Positions 19,247-29,448 of a DNA stretch of 64,000 bases are shown one piece after another. This DNA comes from Chloroflexota bacterium (lineage in GTDB: Bacteria > Chloroflexota > UBA11872 > VXNJ01): NCBI GenBank assembly GCA_965261345.1, contig OZ253449.1:1024001-1088000 (forward strand). The letters are read 5' to 3'. A program made the translations under genes and the position numbers. The notes beneath the pieces were generated by a model that did not search any database, was not told the origin of the DNA, and was given only the letters and a program-made list of their open reading frames with translations. Numbering within the stretch: position 1 is the first letter of the stretch; each line of letters opens with the position of its first letter.

Positions 19247-21481
19247 ATGAACCGCAAGATCCGAAGGCGTAACTTCCTGCTCGGCACCGCTGGTGCGGTC
19301 CTCGGCAGCGGCCTAGTCGTCGGCTGCGCGGCACCGGAGCGCGAATCCCAAGTTCAGAGCTTTGCCCTTTCGCCGGAGCAGACTCTGCCGGGGCAGAATC
19401 TCTGGTTCGCCACGGTTGACGCCCACGACCAGGTGGCCGGCAACGGCGTGGTGGTGCGCACGGTTGACGGGCGCGCCAAGAAGGTTGAGGGCAACCCCGA
19501 CTTCCCGGTAAACCTGGGCAAAAGTTCAGCTCGCTCGCAAGCCGGCGTGCAGTCGCTGTACCACCCTGACCGCATCGCCACGCCGCTGCTGCGTACCGGT
19601 GAGCGCGGGTCGGGACAATTCCGCCCGGTCAGTTGGGATCGCGCGCTTGAATTTATTGCCGAGCGCATCGGCCCCAAATCCTCGGCAATGTTCATAACGC
19701 CGCGCCTGAATCCGGTCAAGCAGCGCCTGCTTAACACCTTCGCGCTCTGGTCGCGGGCCGATCAGATGGCCCTGGCGCCCGACGACCAGGCCAATCTCCG
19801 CTACGGCTTGCGGTCCGTTTATGGAACCGACCGGATCCCATTCTTTGATATAGCCAACACGCGGGCTATCTTCTCCTTCGGATCCGACTTCCTCGGAACC
19901 GAGATCTCGCCGATCTCCTATTCCGGCGCCTATGCCAGCTTCCGCAACTCGGGGTCGGGGTCGGGCCGGGGCAGGCTCACTCAATTCGAACCGCATATGT
20001 CCCTGACCGGCGCCAACGCCGACCGCTGGCTACCGGTGCGACCGGGGTTTGAGGGGCATCTGGCCCTGGCCCTGGCCAACGAGCTGGTCAACGGCGGATT
20101 GGTCAATTCGGAGATTGCCGGCAACCTGCTGGCCGCTTCCGGTGGGATCGGCGCGCTGGACGAGTTCACGCCCGAACGGGTCGCCCAGATCGCTGGCGTG
20201 GACGCCGCTCAGATCAAGCAATTGGCGCACGAATTTATCGAGCAGCAACCGGCCCTGGCGCTCGTCGGCGGGTCGGCGTTAGGCCACCAGTACGGCGACC
20301 AGACCGCGGCGGCGGTCCTGCTGCTAAATCGCCTCGCGGGCAATGACGGCGTTGCGGGTGGCGTAATCGCCAACCCCACCCCGCCGCTGCAACATCTTCA
20401 GGGCCCGGCGGTTGCTGCCAGCGCGCGGCAGCTGCTCGATTTGGCCGCCGGGTGGCGCGCCGGCCGGGCCCCCGATCTAGTATTTGTATACGAGGCCGAC
20501 CCCATCCACGAACTGCCGTCCGCCCGATTTGGCGAGGCGCTGGATGGCGTTGCCGCGGTGGTGGGCATGGGGGTCTTTATGAACGAAACCCTCGCCCAAG
20601 CCGATCTGGTCCTGCCCGGAGCACATCCCTTCGAGGAATGGGGAGCCTTTGTCCCGGACCCTCTGCCCGGGCGGGCGGTGCTTGGCCTGCAACAACCAGT
20701 GGTCACGCCGCTGACCCAGGCACGTTCGTTCGGCGACCTGTTAATCGCGCTATCTTCGCTGCTTTATGGCGAAGAGAGCATCGAGTTTGATTCCCAGCAA
20801 AGCGCGGTCAGGGGAATGGTGCTCTCAGCCCTGGGCCTTAACGCCGGCGATCCCACCGCCGAGGAGGGTTGGATCGACATGCTCCGGCGTGGTGGCGTTT
20901 GGGACCTCGACCCGGTTCCAGGCGAGCAGTTTGTAGCCGCCCCGCAGTGGAAAATCGGCCGACTTGGCATACCTGCCTCGGCCGGCGAGCCAGACGCATT
21001 TGAATTCGGACTCATTCCGTTCCAGACAATTGGTATTGGGCCCGACGCCCATACCGCCGCCCAACCCTGGCTGCAGGCAACTCCAGACCCGCTGACCACG
21101 ATGACCTGGCAGAGTTGGGTGGAGATGAATCCGGCCCAGGCCCGCGAGTTGAAGATCCAGCGCGGCGATGTCGTGCGGGTTGAAACCGTTTCCGGGTCGG
21201 CTGAGGTTCCGGTCTATCCCGCTCCCACCATCGGCCCCGGGCTAATCGCCATCCCGGAAGGTCAGGGCCGCAGCTTTAGCGGTCGCTGGAATGAAGACCG
21301 CGGCGTAAACGTGCGCGCACTGCTCTCGCGCCAGACCAGCGCCGCCGGCGGCCACGCGCATTCGGCAACTCGCGCCCGCGTGGAGCGTCTCAACCGCACC
21401 GCCCGAATGCCGACGTTCGAGCTGACCGAAGATCCCCGCAACGACGCTGAAGCCCCTCCAGTAAAGATTGTCAATGGCTAG
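19247..21481 (+). CDS. actB1: ACIII ActB1, molybdopterin-oxidoreductase-like subunit
   Basis: Tat motif RRRNFL; KVEGNPDFP.N.G, QA..QSLYHPDR and WLQ.TPDP motifs; N-terminal Fe-S cysteines absent. Confidence 0.8.
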   Translation: MNRKIRRRNFLLGTAGAVLGSGLVVGCAAPERESQVQSFALSPEQTLPGQNLWFATVDAHDQVAGNGVVVRTVDGRAKKVEGNPDFPVNLGKSSARSQAGVQSLYHPDRIATPLLRTGERGSGQFRPVSWDRALEFIAERIGPKSSAMFITPRLNPVKQRLLNTFALWSRADQMALAPDDQANLRYGLRSVYGTDRIPFFDIANTRAIFSFGSDFLGTEISPISYSGAYASFRNSGSGSGRGRLTQFEPHMSLTGANADRWLPVRPGFEGHLALALANELVNGGLVNSEIAGNLLAASGGIGALDEFTPERVAQIAGVDAAQIKQLAHEFIEQQPALALVGGSALGHQYGDQTAAAVLLLNRLAGNDGVAGGVIANPTPPLQHLQGPAVAASARQLLDLAAGWRAGRAPDLVFVYEADPIHELPSARFGEALDGVAAVVGMGVFMNETLAQADLVLPGAHPFEEWGAFVPDPLPGRAVLGLQQPVVTPLTQARSFGDLLIALSSLLYGEESIEFDSQQSAVRGMVLSALGLNAGDPTAEEGWIDMLRRGGVWDLDPVPGEQFVAAPQWKIGRLGIPASAGEPDAFEFGLIPFQTIGIGPDAHTAAQPWLQATPDPLTTMTWQSWVEMNPAQARELKIQRGDVVRVETVSGSAEVPVYPAPTIGPGLIAIPEGQGRSFSGRWNEDRGVNVRALLSRQTSAAGGHAHSATRARVERLNRTARMPTFELTEDPRNDAEAPPVKIVNG

Positions 21482-22292
21482 CATCCCAACCGTCGCCAAC
21501 AACGAAGCGGCCGCCCGCGCGGCCGCCAATACTGGCGCCCAAACGATCACCGCCCAGGAACGGGCCGCCCAAGCCACCGGGCACCGCTGGGGGATGGTCG
21601 TTGACGCCGATCTGTGCACCGGTTGCCAGGCCTGTGTCGTTGCCTGCCAGGCTGAAAACAACGTTGCGATCAACGAGGAGCAGCGCGTAAACGAGAAGCG
21701 GGCCAAGGCCTGGATCCGCATCGAGCGCTACTGGGAAGGCGAATATCCAAACGCCCGCGCCCGGTTCCTGCCGGTCATGTGCCAGCACTGCGCGACCGCC
21801 CCCTGCGAACCGGTTTGTCCGGCCTGGGCTACCTATCACAACGAAGAGGGTCTAAACGTCCAGGTCTACAACCGGTGCATCGGTACCCGCTTTTGCGCCA
21901 ATGGCTGCCCATATTCGGTGCGGCACTTCAATTTCTGGAATCCGGAATGGCCGTCGCAGCTGGAAAACCAGCTCAATCCCGATGTAACCGTTCGGACCAA
22001 GGGGATCATCGAAAAATGCACCTTCTGCGTCCAGCGCATCAACCGCGCCCGGATTGACGCCAAGGGGCAAGGCCGCGAAATCGCCGACGGGGCGGTTTCG
22101 CCCGCGTGCGTACAAGCCTGCCCAACCCACGCCCTGGTGTTTGGCGATCTCAATGACCCGTTTTCGCAAGTCTCGGAACGGGCCGATGACGAGCGCGCCT
22201 ACATCCTGCTGGAAGAGCGTGGAACCGAACCGGGAGTGGTCTACCTGGCAAAGGTTGACCCGTTTGCGCAGAATGCCAATGGAGAGCACTAG
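21474..22292 (+). CDS. actB2: ACIII ActB2 Fe-S subunit
   Basis: CTGCQACVVAC, CQHCATAPCEPVCP, YNRCIGTRFCANGCPY and EKCTFC motifs. Confidence 0.9.
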   Translation: MASIPTVANNEAAARAAANTGAQTITAQERAAQATGHRWGMVVDADLCTGCQACVVACQAENNVAINEEQRVNEKRAKAWIRIERYWEGEYPNARARFLPVMCQHCATAPCEPVCPAWATYHNEEGLNVQVYNRCIGTRFCANGCPYSVRHFNFWNPEWPSQLENQLNPDVTVRTKGIIEKCTFCVQRINRARIDAKGQGREIADGAVSPACVQACPTHALVFGDLNDPFSQVSERADDERAYILLEERGTEPGVVYLAKVDPFAQNANGEH

Positions 22293-22298
22293 CTACTG

Positions 22299-23624
22299 AT
22301 GTCGGGCCCAGAACCTGCCGCACTCAGCATCGGTCCGGCCAGCGGATTTCGTCCGCGCGGTCTGGCCCTAAATTGGGGCAACACGGCCTACCTGGTCCTG
22401 GGTGGATTGGCGATTTTGGGGGTGGTCATGTACGTCCTGCGCCTCTCCGACTGGGGCGACCGCCCCGAATGGGCATATCCAACGGCGCTCATGATGTGGA
22501 TGCTCGCCACCTTCGCCACCGCTCCCCTCTTGGCTTTCGCCACGCGCATGACCCGCGGCTATTGGAGCTATCCGGTTCGCCGCATCGCCACCCTGTTCAT
22601 AGTCCCTTCAACTCTTGGTTATGCCCTGCTTATCCCGGTGCTGGCCAGTCTGCCGCCACTAGACGACCGGGCCAGCTTATGGTTTCATTTCCGATTTGGG
22701 GCACCTGTAATTACCGATGCCCTGGCGGTTGCGGCAATGGGCCTGGCGGGCCTGGGAATGCTTTGGGCGACCAGCATTCCCGATCTGGCCGCCAATCGCG
22801 TATGTTCGGGGTTGACCCTGGGCTGGCGCGGCACCCCCAAACAATGGAGGGCGCTTAAGATGTTTGCCAAGCTGCTCGGCGTCTTCTACCTGATGACGCT
22901 CGTATACGCGAGCATATTGCTCACAACCGATCTGGGGCAAAGCCTCATACCCGGCTGGCGCTCGGGGATTTTTCCCGCGTACCACGTAGTTACCGGGTTT
23001 CAGACCGCCACCGCGCTGGTTATCGTGGCCAGCTATCTTGCCTGGCGTTTTTCACCGCGCATACGACCGTATATCGGCAGCGAACAGGCAATTAATTTGG
23101 GGCGGATCTTTCTGGCGTTCACGCTGCTGGTCTTCTACTTCTTCTGGGCCGATTTCGTGCTTGTCTGGTACGCTCGTCTCCCCGGCGAAATCGCGGCGAT
23201 GCAGGTCAACGTCGCTCAGGTTTACGGGGCAGCCTTTGCGATCGCGGCCACCTGCCACTTCGGCATTCCATTTCTCTGCCTGATATTTAATCCCCTGCGG
23301 CGGCGCTTCCATCTGCTGGCGCTGGTGGCCGTGGTCGCCCTGATCGGGTCGATGGCGGATCGGATCCGCCTCTTCGTTCCGGCCATCTCAAATCTTGAAG
23401 TGACCGGGCACGGCCCCTTGGACCCATTGCCGGCAGCGGTCTGGCCGAATGTTGAAGACATCCTGTTTTACATCGGATGGCTTGGTTTGCTCGTCTTTGC
23501 CTATCTGTTTGCCGCACGCTGGATTCCCTTGCTATCGTCCTGGGAGATGCGTGAAGGGTCACTGTACCGCGGTGAAGTCGAGTACGGCCGGTCCAAGTAC
23601 CTGCTGATGGCCAAGCCCGATTAG
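22299..23624 (+). CDS. actF: NrfD-paralog membrane subunit (ActF-like)
   Basis: About 10 TM helices; PGWRS.IF and WY..LP.E motifs; lacks the H.GRP quinol-site motif found in the next gene. Confidence 0.6.
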   Translation: MSGPEPAALSIGPASGFRPRGLALNWGNTAYLVLGGLAILGVVMYVLRLSDWGDRPEWAYPTALMMWMLATFATAPLLAFATRMTRGYWSYPVRRIATLFIVPSTLGYALLIPVLASLPPLDDRASLWFHFRFGAPVITDALAVAAMGLAGLGMLWATSIPDLAANRVCSGLTLGWRGTPKQWRALKMFAKLLGVFYLMTLVYASILLTTDLGQSLIPGWRSGIFPAYHVVTGFQTATALVIVASYLAWRFSPRIRPYIGSEQAINLGRIFLAFTLLVFYFFWADFVLVWYARLPGEIAAMQVNVAQVYGAAFAIAATCHFGIPFLCLIFNPLRRRFHLLALVAVVALIGSMADRIRLFVPAISNLEVTGHGPLDPLPAAVWPNVEDILFYIGWLGLLVFAYLFAARWIPLLSSWEMREGSLYRGEVEYGRSKYLLMAKPD

Positions 23625-23646
23625 CTGGAGATAGGAAGAACACACC

Positions 23647-25020
23647 TTGCAAGAACCGGTAGCAGTCAGTCAGAGGGCCGCCGATGCGCGCCTGCTTGAC
23701 TTTGTCATGCGGACCCCGCGCTGGTTCTTTACCTGGTCCGGCGGGCTGGGGCTGGTCTTCATGCTTGGCGCGGTGGTGTTCCTCACCATGCTCTATTGGG
23801 GACTGGAATTTCTGGGCTACGCGCACCCGGTTTACTGGGGATTTCTCATCGTCAACTTCGTGTTCTGGATCGGGATCTCGCACGCCGGAGTATTCGTTTC
23901 GGCAATCTTGCGGCTCACTCAAGCCGAATTTCGCCGACCGGTCACCCGGGCGGCCGAAGTTTTAACTATCTTCTCGCTGCAGGCGGCGGTACTTTTTCCA
24001 CTGATTCACTCGGGTCGTCCTTGGCGCACGGCCTATTGGGCCTTCCCCTACGACTTCATCCGCGGGATGTGGCCAAATCCACGTTCGCCGCTGGTCTGGG
24101 ACCCCTCGGCGATATTTACCTACCTGATCTCAACCATCCTCTTTGTCTACGTGGCATTGCTGCCCGACTTAGCCTTGGCCCGCGACCGCTCACAGGATCC
24201 GATCCGGCGATTCCTGTTTTCGGTTTTGGCCCTGGGCTTTAAGGGCTCCACCAGACAGTGGCGTATCCAAGCGATCGCCGGAATCCTGCTCTCGGCCATC
24301 ATCCTGCCGATTTTTGTATCGGTCCACTCCATCGTCTCCTGGGACTTTGCCGTCACCACCGTTCCCGGCTGGCACAACACCGTATTTGCCCCCTATTTCG
24401 TCATTGGGGCAGTCCACTCCGGGGTATCGGCGGTGGTGACCACCATGATCGTGATGAAGTGGGCATTCAAACTCGGGGACTTTATCACCCGGGACCACCT
24501 GGACGCCCTTGCCCGACTGTTGATTGCGGTGGCCACCGGGTGGGTCTTTTTTCTCTTCCTTGACTTTGGCTTCGGCCTCTACGGGCTTGAGCCCACTGAG
24601 GTCGACACCTGGCAGCGACGCGTATTTGAGTGGCCCTTCCCGATCGTGATCATCACGTTGCTGCTTACCGCATACGTGATTCCGGTGCCGCTCTGGCTGT
24701 TTCGCGCGGTCCGCCGTTCCTACGGTTGGATGTTCTTTACGACCATCCTGGTCAATGTCGGCATGTGGCTGGAGCGCTACATCCTGATCGTCCCGGCGCT
24801 GGAGCGGAAATCATCGCTCACCTTTTCATATTCGACCTATATTCCGTCGATTTCAGAGGTGATCCTGGTGATCGCTTCGTTTGCCTTCGTGATGGTTGGC
24901 GTGCTGGTATTTGCCAAGGTCGTACCGATCATGCCAGCGGTCGACATCAAGGAGGGAATGATCTTGACCCGAAAAATGCAAATCGGCCGGGTGCAGGTAC
25001 CCGCCACAGTCCGCGAATAA
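23647..25020 (+). CDS. actC: ACIII quinol-binding NrfD-family subunit
   Basis: NFVFWIGISHAG, IHSGRPW, RSPLVWD, VHSIVSWDFA and GMWLERY motifs. Confidence 0.9.
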   Translation: MQEPVAVSQRAADARLLDFVMRTPRWFFTWSGGLGLVFMLGAVVFLTMLYWGLEFLGYAHPVYWGFLIVNFVFWIGISHAGVFVSAILRLTQAEFRRPVTRAAEVLTIFSLQAAVLFPLIHSGRPWRTAYWAFPYDFIRGMWPNPRSPLVWDPSAIFTYLISTILFVYVALLPDLALARDRSQDPIRRFLFSVLALGFKGSTRQWRIQAIAGILLSAIILPIFVSVHSIVSWDFAVTTVPGWHNTVFAPYFVIGAVHSGVSAVVTTMIVMKWAFKLGDFITRDHLDALARLLIAVATGWVFFLFLDFGFGLYGLEPTEVDTWQRRVFEWPFPIVIITLLLTAYVIPVPLWLFRAVRRSYGWMFFTTILVNVGMWLERYILIVPALERKSSLTFSYSTYIPSISEVILVIASFAFVMVGVLVFAKVVPIMPAVDIKEGMILTRKMQIGRVQVPATVRE

Positions 25021-25031
25021 GGCAGGCGCAC

Positions 25032-25571
25032 ATGGCCAAGAGCGAATTACTGGGAATCTACGACAGTGTCGAGCGAGCCGCCGACGCGGTGGAGGGGCTG
25101 CGCGATGCCGGCTTCCCCGATACCGCGGTGGAGGTCCTCTCAGGGGTCCCCTACCCCGAGGGCGCGTTCGGCGAACCGCACACCAAACATCGGCTCTATA
25201 CCTTCCCCTTCGCCGGGGCCGCCTGCGGGTTCGCCCTGGGTGTAGCCTGGCTGGTCGGAGCGCAGGTTACCCTTCCGCTGATTACCGGCGGCAAACCGAT
25301 CGTCGCCATCCCGGCCGTATTCCAAATCCTCTATGAGGGAACGATGATCGGCGCGGTCCTCTTTACGGTCTTCGGCGTGTTGTTTGAGTCGCGCCTACCG
25401 GACGGAATCTCGCTCTACGACGATCGTCTCGCCGACGGATATGTGGGTGTCTCGCTAAATACCGACGGCGACGAAATTACCCGCGGGAGCGACATTCTGG
25501 CCGCCACCGGCGCGGTCGACATCATTGACGCACAGGGCAGCATCCTTACCGCTGCGGCCAACCCGGCCTAG
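25032..25571 (+). CDS. actD: ACIII subunit ActD (DUF3341)
   Basis: Two TM helices with L.TGGKP...PA....YE.T motif; cluster context. Confidence 0.8.
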   Translation: MAKSELLGIYDSVERAADAVEGLRDAGFPDTAVEVLSGVPYPEGAFGEPHTKHRLYTFPFAGAACGFALGVAWLVGAQVTLPLITGGKPIVAIPAVFQILYEGTMIGAVLFTVFGVLFESRLPDGISLYDDRLADGYVGVSLNTDGDEITRGSDILAATGAVDIIDAQGSILTAAANPA

Positions 25572-25590
25572 CGTGAGGGGGCGCTGGGCG

Positions 25591-26115
25591 ATGCGTTTTA
25601 AGGTCCGCCTGACGTTAATCGTCGCGGCCCTGGCCGCGGCCGCGCTCACCGGCTGCGAAGCCGGCGCATATCCGCTGGACATATTCCCCGAGATGCACTA
25701 CCAAGAGTCATATCGCGTCCAGGAACCGCCGTTCGTCCAGATCCCGGCCGGAAGCGTTTCGACCGAAGGGGCCGAATACGTGATTGCCCAGGCGGAGATG
25801 ACCAATCTCGACAATCCGATACCGATCAGCGCAGCGTCCCTGGCCGCGGGTTCGGAAATTTTCCGAGTCAACTGCTCAATGTGTCACGGCATCGGCGCCA
25901 ACGGCCAGAGTTCCGTGATCGGGCAGTTTTCAGCTGCAGGCGTGCGTCCACCGCCCTCGCTGCTGATCGGGACCGCAGCCGTGGTAAGCGATGGATACCT
26001 TTATGGAATCCTCACTCACGGGCAAGTCAACATGCCCTCATTCCAAAGACTGCTCACACCCCAGGAACGCTGGGTGGTGATCAATTTCCTGCGATCGCTG
26101 CAGGAGCCCGCGTAA
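25591..26115 (+). CDS. actE: ACIII monoheme cytochrome c lipoprotein
   Basis: Lipobox LTGC; MHYQ, CSMCHG, MPSF and ERW motifs. Confidence 0.82.
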   Translation: MRFKVRLTLIVAALAAAALTGCEAGAYPLDIFPEMHYQESYRVQEPPFVQIPAGSVSTEGAEYVIAQAEMTNLDNPIPISAASLAAGSEIFRVNCSMCHGIGANGQSSVIGQFSAAGVRPPPSLLIGTAAVVSDGYLYGILTHGQVNMPSFQRLLTPQERWVVINFLRSLQEPA

Positions 26116-26183
26116 CCTGATCCGGGCCGCTGGCGGCTCGTATCCTAGATCCAATACCTAAATCGCCCCCGGATTGAGCGCCA

Positions 26184-27137
26184 TTGCCGACCTGTGACAT
26201 CGCGATCATCGGTTCGGGTACCGCCGGCCTCTCGGCGGCCATCTACGCGGCCCGGGCCAACATGAAGACCATCGTGTTCACCGGCGAGGAATTCGGCGGC
26301 CAGATAGCCACCACCCACGATGTGGAAAACTACCCGGGTTTTGAGCAGGGGATCACCGGCCCCGAACTGACCGAGCGAATGCGCGCCCAAGCCGAGCGTT
26401 TCGGCGCCGAGGTTGTTTTCGATTTCATCGAAGAGTTAGATCTCGACGGACCGCCGTTCACCCTAACCGGCAGAGCCGACTCCTATCGGGCCGGTGCCAT
26501 CGTGGCCGCCAGCGGGGCGCGCGCCAAGCGCCTCGGGATTCCCGGCGAGGAAAAGTTCTGGGGGCGCGGAGTTTCCACCTGCGCCACCTGCGACGCGGCG
26601 TTCTTCCGTGATGCGCCGACCGCTTTGGTGGGTGGTGGTGACAGCGCGATGCAGGAGGGGCTTTTTCTGGCCCGCTTTTCTTCCAAGGTCTACGTGATCC
26701 ACCGGCGCGATCAGCTTCGCGCCGGGCCGACCCTGGCCGAGCGCGCCGCCGCCGAACCCAGGCTGGAATTCATCTGGAATTCAGTCGCCGAGGAGGTGGA
26801 AGGCGCTTCGGTGGTAGAGCGGGTCCGAGTGCGCAACCTGCTTACCGGCGAGATATCGCATCTGCCGATCGAGGGATTCTTCGTCTTTATCGGGCACGAC
26901 CCAAACACCGAGCTCTACAGCGGAAAACTGGCGCTGAAGCCGGGCGGCTACCTGCAGGCCGACGCCTACACGCATACTTCGGTCCCCGGTGTCTTTGCCG
27001 CCGGTGAGGTCCAAGACGATCACTTTCGGCAGGCTGCCACTTCATCGGGCGAGGGCGTTAAAGCCGCAATGGAAGCGATCCACTTTGTCGAAAACCTGCA
27101 TCCAGCCGCCGCCCAGCTCCAGCAACAATCGGTTTAA
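26184..27137 (+). CDS. trxB: Thioredoxin-disulfide reductase
   Basis: VENYPGF, GVSTCATCD, GGGDSA and RQAATS motifs. Confidence 0.95.
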   Translation: MPTCDIAIIGSGTAGLSAAIYAARANMKTIVFTGEEFGGQIATTHDVENYPGFEQGITGPELTERMRAQAERFGAEVVFDFIEELDLDGPPFTLTGRADSYRAGAIVAASGARAKRLGIPGEEKFWGRGVSTCATCDAAFFRDAPTALVGGGDSAMQEGLFLARFSSKVYVIHRRDQLRAGPTLAERAAAEPRLEFIWNSVAEEVEGASVVERVRVRNLLTGEISHLPIEGFFVFIGHDPNTELYSGKLALKPGGYLQADAYTHTSVPGVFAAGEVQDDHFRQAATSSGEGVKAAMEAIHFVENLHPAAAQLQQQSV

Positions 27138-27177
27138 GGATTGCATCGGTCAACTGGCCTAGCCGCCTCGGCCCCCG

Positions 27178-28407
27178 GTGAATAGGCCGCAGCCGCTCGG
27201 GCTGGAACCCTCATTTGGCTACGGCGACCGGTTGGGACTGGCCACGCCCGGCCACATCGACGCCCACAATCTCAGCGGCGGCGGCATCAAGGCGATATTT
27301 GCCCAGCAGTCGGTGCGCGAAATCGTACGGACAAAGCGATCGGCCGGCGAGGTGAGGGCCGCCGCTCAGCGCGCGGTGGATGAAGCCGGGTTCTCCCGAG
27401 GCTGGGGCGCGGATGCCGACCATATCAAGAATCGCGAAGACATCGCCGCGTTCGTTGAATGCGGGTACAGCTTCTACACGATCGATCCGTCCGACTATGT
27501 TTCAGCTGAGGCCGACGGGCTCGCCGCCGACGAATTGCTCAGCGCCTACAGCGCGATCCGTGAGCAGGTTGATTGGATCGATCAATACGCGGGCCTGAAA
27601 TCGGATTTGGATGGGGCGACATCGCTGGCGATCGACCCTGCCCAACTGCAGCGTTGCGCGGTCAAGTACGGTTTGGCGATCAACTACACCGTCGAATTGG
27701 CCGGGATGATCGCCGCCGCTTGCGAGCTGGCCGGAATTGACTTTGAAATCGAGATGAGCGTTGATGAAACCGAGCGTCCAACCACCCTGGCCGAGCACTA
27801 CATCATCGCCAGCCGCCTCCTAGATTGCGGGGTAAACCTGGTTTCGCTGGCCCCGCGCTATATCGGCGGATTCGAAAAAGGGATCGATTACCTAGGCGAT
27901 CCGGTGGTGTTCGAGGCCAATGTGGCCGCCCACGCGGCGATTGCCAAAAACCTTGGACCATACAAGTTGAGCCTGCATTCCGGTTCGGACAAGCTGTCGA
28001 TTTACCCGGGATTCGCCCGCGCCACCGAAGGGCGATTTCACGTCAAGACGGCGGGGACGAGCTACCTGGAAGCCCTGCGAGTGGTAGCCGACACAGACCG
28101 AGGCCTGTTCGCCCGGGTCGTTGATATTTCGCGCGCCAATTTTGCCTCCGCCCGCGCCACCTACCACATGTCGATCGAGCTTTCCGATGCCCCGGTCGCC
28201 GGACAGGTTTCGGCCGCCGAGCTGGCCGATGCCTACCTAGACCACGACGCCGGTCGCCAGATCGCCCACGTCGCCTTCGGTTCGGTGCTCACCGACCCTG
28301 AACTGGGCCGAGACGTCGCCCAGTTGCTGGAAGGCGAGGCCGACCTGTACGCGCGGTACCTGTGCAGGCATTTTGCCCGACACCTCGATGCGCTAAACCA
28401 GCGATGA
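27178..28407 (+). CDS. uxaE: Tagaturonate/fructuronate epimerase UxaE family
   Basis: G.GDRLG.ATPGH, FAQQSVRE, GADADH, KLSLHSGSDK and HVKTAGTSYLEALR motifs. Confidence 0.88.
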   Translation: MNRPQPLGLEPSFGYGDRLGLATPGHIDAHNLSGGGIKAIFAQQSVREIVRTKRSAGEVRAAAQRAVDEAGFSRGWGADADHIKNREDIAAFVECGYSFYTIDPSDYVSAEADGLAADELLSAYSAIREQVDWIDQYAGLKSDLDGATSLAIDPAQLQRCAVKYGLAINYTVELAGMIAAACELAGIDFEIEMSVDETERPTTLAEHYIIASRLLDCGVNLVSLAPRYIGGFEKGIDYLGDPVVFEANVAAHAAIAKNLGPYKLSLHSGSDKLSIYPGFARATEGRFHVKTAGTSYLEALRVVADTDRGLFARVVDISRANFASARATYHMSIELSDAPVAGQVSAAELADAYLDHDAGRQIAHVAFGSVLTDPELGRDVAQLLEGEADLYARYLCRHFARHLDALNQR

Positions 28408-28464
28408 GCGTTCGGCCGGTCCAATCCGGCAACTACAAAACAGCAAGCAGGCGCGGGAGGATTG

Positions 28465-29448
28465 ATGCGCACCGTCATTTTGAGTGAACCGGGGCATTTT
28501 ACGATCGGTTCCGAAGGGCATCCGATTCCGGGGCCGGGGCAGGCACTGGTGCGGGTGCACAGCATCGGGGTCTGCGGTACCGACATTAAGGCCTACGCCG
28601 GTGCTCAGCCATTTTTTACCTACCCGCGAATCCTGGGGCATGAACTGGGGGTTGAGGTGCTGGAGGCCCCTTCAGGTCAGACCCGGATCCGCAACGGAGA
28701 GCACTGCGCGGTTGAGCCCTACCAGGCATGTGGACACTGCCACCCGTGCCGGAATGGGCGGGCCAATTGCTGTGAAGACCTGCGGGTGCTCGGAGTCCAC
28801 CGCGACGGCGGGATGCGCCCACTGATGTGTGTGCCGGCGGAGATGCTATTCCCTTCTTCCAAGCTCTCGCCGGACCAGCTGGCGCTGGTGGAAACCTTGG
28901 GGATTGGGGCCCACGCGGTCGAACGCTCCGGAGTTGGCGCCAACCAATCGGTCCTAATAGTCGGTGGCGGACCGATCGGACTGACCGTGTTGCAATTTGC
29001 GGTCTCCGCTGGCGCCGATGTCACTCTGCTCGAACTTTCCAAACGGCGGCGGCAATTCGCCCGGCAGTTTCCGGTCCGGGTATTGGGGCAACCCGACGGG
29101 GCCAGATACGAAGTGGTTTTTGACGCCACCGGCTCGCGAATGGCCATGGAGTCTTCCTTTGACCACGTCGCCTCCGCCGGCACGCTGGTACTGGTCGGGC
29201 TGGTACAGGATCGCGTCAGCTTCGACGATCCAGAATTTCACCGCCGCGAACTCACAATCCTCTCCAGCCGCAACAGTTACGGCTTGTTCCCCAAGATCAT
29301 CGCGGCGATCGAGGACGGCCGGATCAATACCGCGCCCTGGATCACCGCGCGGATGGAACTGTCCAAGGTGCCCGAGCAATTTGTGAGGGTCACCGAGGAC
29401 CCCGATCTGGTCAAGTCAATCGTTACAACCGACGATGCCGATCTCTAG
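28465..29448 (+). CDS. Zinc-dependent sugar-acid dehydrogenase (L-galactonate dehydrogenase-like)
   Basis: CGTD, QPFF.YPRILGHE, structural Zn cysteines and FH.RE.T...SRN. Confidence 0.8.
   Translation: MRTVILSEPGHFTIGSEGHPIPGPGQALVRVHSIGVCGTDIKAYAGAQPFFTYPRILGHELGVEVLEAPSGQTRIRNGEHCAVEPYQACGHCHPCRNGRANCCEDLRVLGVHRDGGMRPLMCVPAEMLFPSSKLSPDQLALVETLGIGAHAVERSGVGANQSVLIVGGGPIGLTVLQFAVSAGADVTLLELSKRRRQFARQFPVRVLGQPDGARYEVVFDATGSRMAMESSFDHVASAGTLVLVGLVQDRVSFDDPEFHRRELTILSSRNSYGLFPKIIAAIEDGRINTAPWITARMELSKVPEQFVRVTEDPDLVKSIVTTDDADL

Noticed and set aside
19247-21481. Active molybdoenzyme catalytic subunit
   Set aside because: Fe-S cysteines are missing and the context is ACIII, whose B1 domain is known to lack a Mo cofactor.
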